The translations under genes were made by a program, and so were the position numbers. A DNA stretch of 25,286 nucleotides from an uncultured Coriobacteriaceae bacterium (GTDB lineage Bacteria; Actinomycetota; Coriobacteriia; Coriobacteriales; Eggerthellaceae): the NCBI GenBank assembly GCA_902796815.1, contig CADBQL010000019.1, positions 1 to 25,286 of the forward strand, given 5' to 3'. Positions 23,306 through 25,286 of this stretch are shown piece after piece. The notes beneath the pieces are model-generated. The model saw only the letters and a list, made by a program, of their open reading frames with translations, was not told the DNA's origin and searched no databases. Every line of letters begins with the position of its first letter. The first letter of the stretch is position 1.

Positions 23306-25286
23306 CTACTTCTTGAGGTCAACTGCTTTTGCGGTCGACCAGCCCGAGTAGTACGTTTTTCCACTGACGATTTGGTACGTTCTCATTTGCACGTACGAGC
23401 GTTTTCCGAGCCATCCAGGTGTGCGTACGCATAACGCTACCATCGATTGCTTGGCATAAGGCGTCGTGCTCTTGAAAGAGTACGAACAAGTTGAGTTGAA
23501 CGACTTGTTCGGGGACCAGCGCACTTGATAGCCGGCTATCGTCATGCCCGGTTTTTTCCACGTAGCGATAAAGCCCGATGATCCATCACTGTTTTTCTGC
23601 GCTATCAGAGACGTTATCCGAGGAGCTTTTGGCACGATAGTAAATCGCTTCGCCACCTTTGATTTGTACGACCCCTTGCCGGTGACAACCACTTTATATG
23701 TTCCGACCTTCTTGAGGCCCTTGGAATATGTTACGGTGTAATCGCGGTTGCTTTTGAGGACTTTCTTGCCCAGTTTTACCACAACTCTTGGTCTTTTTGC
23801 CTTCCCGTCGTAAGCGAAGGCAGTCGTTGAAAGCTTGACGGTTGCCTTCGCGATGGATTTGGGTTTCATTAGTTTGGCCACAGCTTTTGCAAAGCTGCCC
23901 GAATTAGCTGATTTCGCTTTTGCGGTCGTGGTGGCGAGTTGGGCTGCGCTCATGTTAGCGGCTTTGATCAGAGTTGAGCCGATGGTGCCGATCTTCTCCT
24001 TGGGTTTGCTGGTGATTGAGCTCGAAACGCTCGTGGTTTTGTTCGACGCCGCGACCGTAGTGCCGCTTGCGCTTGAGTTGGAATTACCGATCGAGCCACC
24101 AGTTCCAACGCTCGGATTCGTAGCGGCGCTGAGGTCATCACCGCCGGCGCTGTTGCTGGTCCCGCCTTCAGCATTATCGCCCGAATGGTCATCTGCATTC
24201 TGGTTTGCGGAGCCGCCCTCACCGTTGTTTTGCCCTCCATCGCCGGACCCGCTAGCGTTATTATCTGACCCGTTATCGCCGGATTCGTTGCCGCCCTGTT
24301 CCTCACCACTTCCGTTTCCCGTCTCGCCGTTGCCTTCCCCGCTTTTTACAGGCCAAAAATATCCAGGGGTCTCGGCGGTATCGATACGAGCGTAGGTCGC
24401 ATTATCGGCCACCGTCTCGGTATTCGGATCGGCCTTAACCGCGGCATATGAGGTACCGTTCGCCCCAACAAGGGCATCGCAGTGAACGAACATCTGGTCA
24501 AAGAAGACGCTTCCATCGTTTCGTTCCGGCAAATTCCACTTCTCGCCGACGATTACTTTCTGAAGCGATTGACACCAATTGAACATCTGATTTGCAGTTC
24601 GTACATGCGATGTGTCGATTGAAGACAGATCAACGGTTTCGAGTGAAAAACATTGATCAAACCAGTTGGACAAACACGTAACGTTCGCATTGCTGAAATC
24701 GGGTAACTTGACGTTTTTGAGTGATGTGCAACGGGCAAAGATATGCCAAGAATCACCGTAAACGGCAGAATTACCGAACGAGCTCGTGTCGAGCATCGAC
24801 ATGTCCACCGAAACCAGGCTCTTGCAGCCGTAGAACATGTTGCCGAAATTCATTACCTGCGACGTATCCAAGCCAGATAAATCCACATCAACGAGCTTTT
24901 CGCAATTCTCGAATAATCTGCATGTGGTACCTGTTACGGTAACTGTTCCGATCACTTGCGCAGATGTGATGCTGTTTCGGTAGGGGTACCAGGGTGGGCG
25001 ACCGTCTTCGGATGATGAAACTCCTGGGTCCGAGCTTACGGGATTATAGAAGTCAACGATTCCTGTATCGCCTTCTTTTGGAGCGAGCGTCAATTTGCCG
25101 TTCGCGTCGATTCTCCAGACACAGGTGCCGATTTCCCCTGCAGCGATATCGTTGGCCGCTTGGGGGCTAACTCCTGAATCGTTAGGCACCCCCGCCTGAA
25201 GCGTCGATTCGTCAATGGGCTCAGTCCCATCTGCGTCGTTATTCTGTGCTAAAGCCAGAATGGGATTGGTGATAGCAAGCAGCGCC
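23306..25286 (-). CDS. BspA-type (DUF285-like) leucine-rich-repeat surface protein with C-terminal Ig/FN3-like module; 5' end lies beyond the window
   Basis: Frame is open to the window edge (ALLAITNPILALA-Q resembles a signal peptide end); repeats LDTSQVMNFGNMFYGCKSL and IDTSHVRTANQMFNWCQSL; G/S/N linker; basic C-terminal DYTVTY...VTGKG.Y and TWKK..GYQVRWS...VQMRTY modules. Confidence 0.85.
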   Translation of the reverse strand, partial: ALLAITNPILALAQNNDADGTEPIDESTLQAGVPNDSGVSPQAANDIAAGEIGTCVWRIDANGKLTLAPKEGDTGIVDFYNPVSSDPGVSSSEDGRPPWYPYRNSITSAQVIGTVTVTGTTCRLFENCEKLVDVDLSGLDTSQVMNFGNMFYGCKSLVSVDMSMLDTSSFGNSAVYGDSWHIFARCTSLKNVKLPDFSNANVTCLSNWFDQCFSLETVDLSSIDTSHVRTANQMFNWCQSLQKVIVGEKWNLPERNDGSVFFDQMFVHCDALVGANGTSYAAVKADPNTETVADNATYARIDTAETPGYFWPVKSGEGNGETGNGSGEEQGGNESGDNGSDNNASGSGDGGQNNGEGGSANQNADDHSGDNAEGGTSNSAGGDDLSAATNPSVGTGGSIGNSNSSASGTTVAASNKTTSVSSSITSKPKEKIGTIGSTLIKAANMSAAQLATTTAKAKSANSGSFAKAVAKLMKPKSIAKATVKLSTTAFAYDGKAKRPRVVVKLGKKVLKSNRDYTVTYSKGLKKVGTYKVVVTGKGSYKSKVAKRFTIVPKAPRITSLIAQKNSDGSSGFIATWKKPGMTIAGYQVRWSPNKSFNSTCSYSFKSTTPYAKQSMVALCVRTPGWLGKRSYVQMRTYQIVSGKTYYSGWSTAKAVDLKK

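Overview
High-GC bacterial chromosomal window, probably Coriobacteriia/Eggerthellaceae (inferred from gene families and protein style, not verified). Left part, mostly housekeeping: a degenerate membrane-anchored DnaQ-like protein, tRNA-Arg(TCT), ornithine carbamoyltransferase, SppA, MetRS, two tandem NlpC/P60 paralogs, RNase HI and EngB. Right part, accessory-looking: an HD-hydrolase/ADP-ribosylglycohydrolase fusion, a lipoprotein, an AbiEi/DUF559-like protein, a TetM-like translational GTPase with a Gly-rich repeat insertion, a single-pass membrane protein, and a minus-strand cluster of BspA-LRR surface protein, Ser/Thr kinase with B-repeat/MucBP-like ectodomain, and FHA protein. Two non-coding repeat families are not explained by the gene calls: a 29-bp palindrome with co-varying arms (4 copies) and an ~85-bp inverted-repeat element with a fixed 44-45 bp spacer (3 copies). 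The tRNA has a compensated U19-A56 in place of the near-universal G19-C56. No CRISPR array, integrase or IS transposase was recognised.
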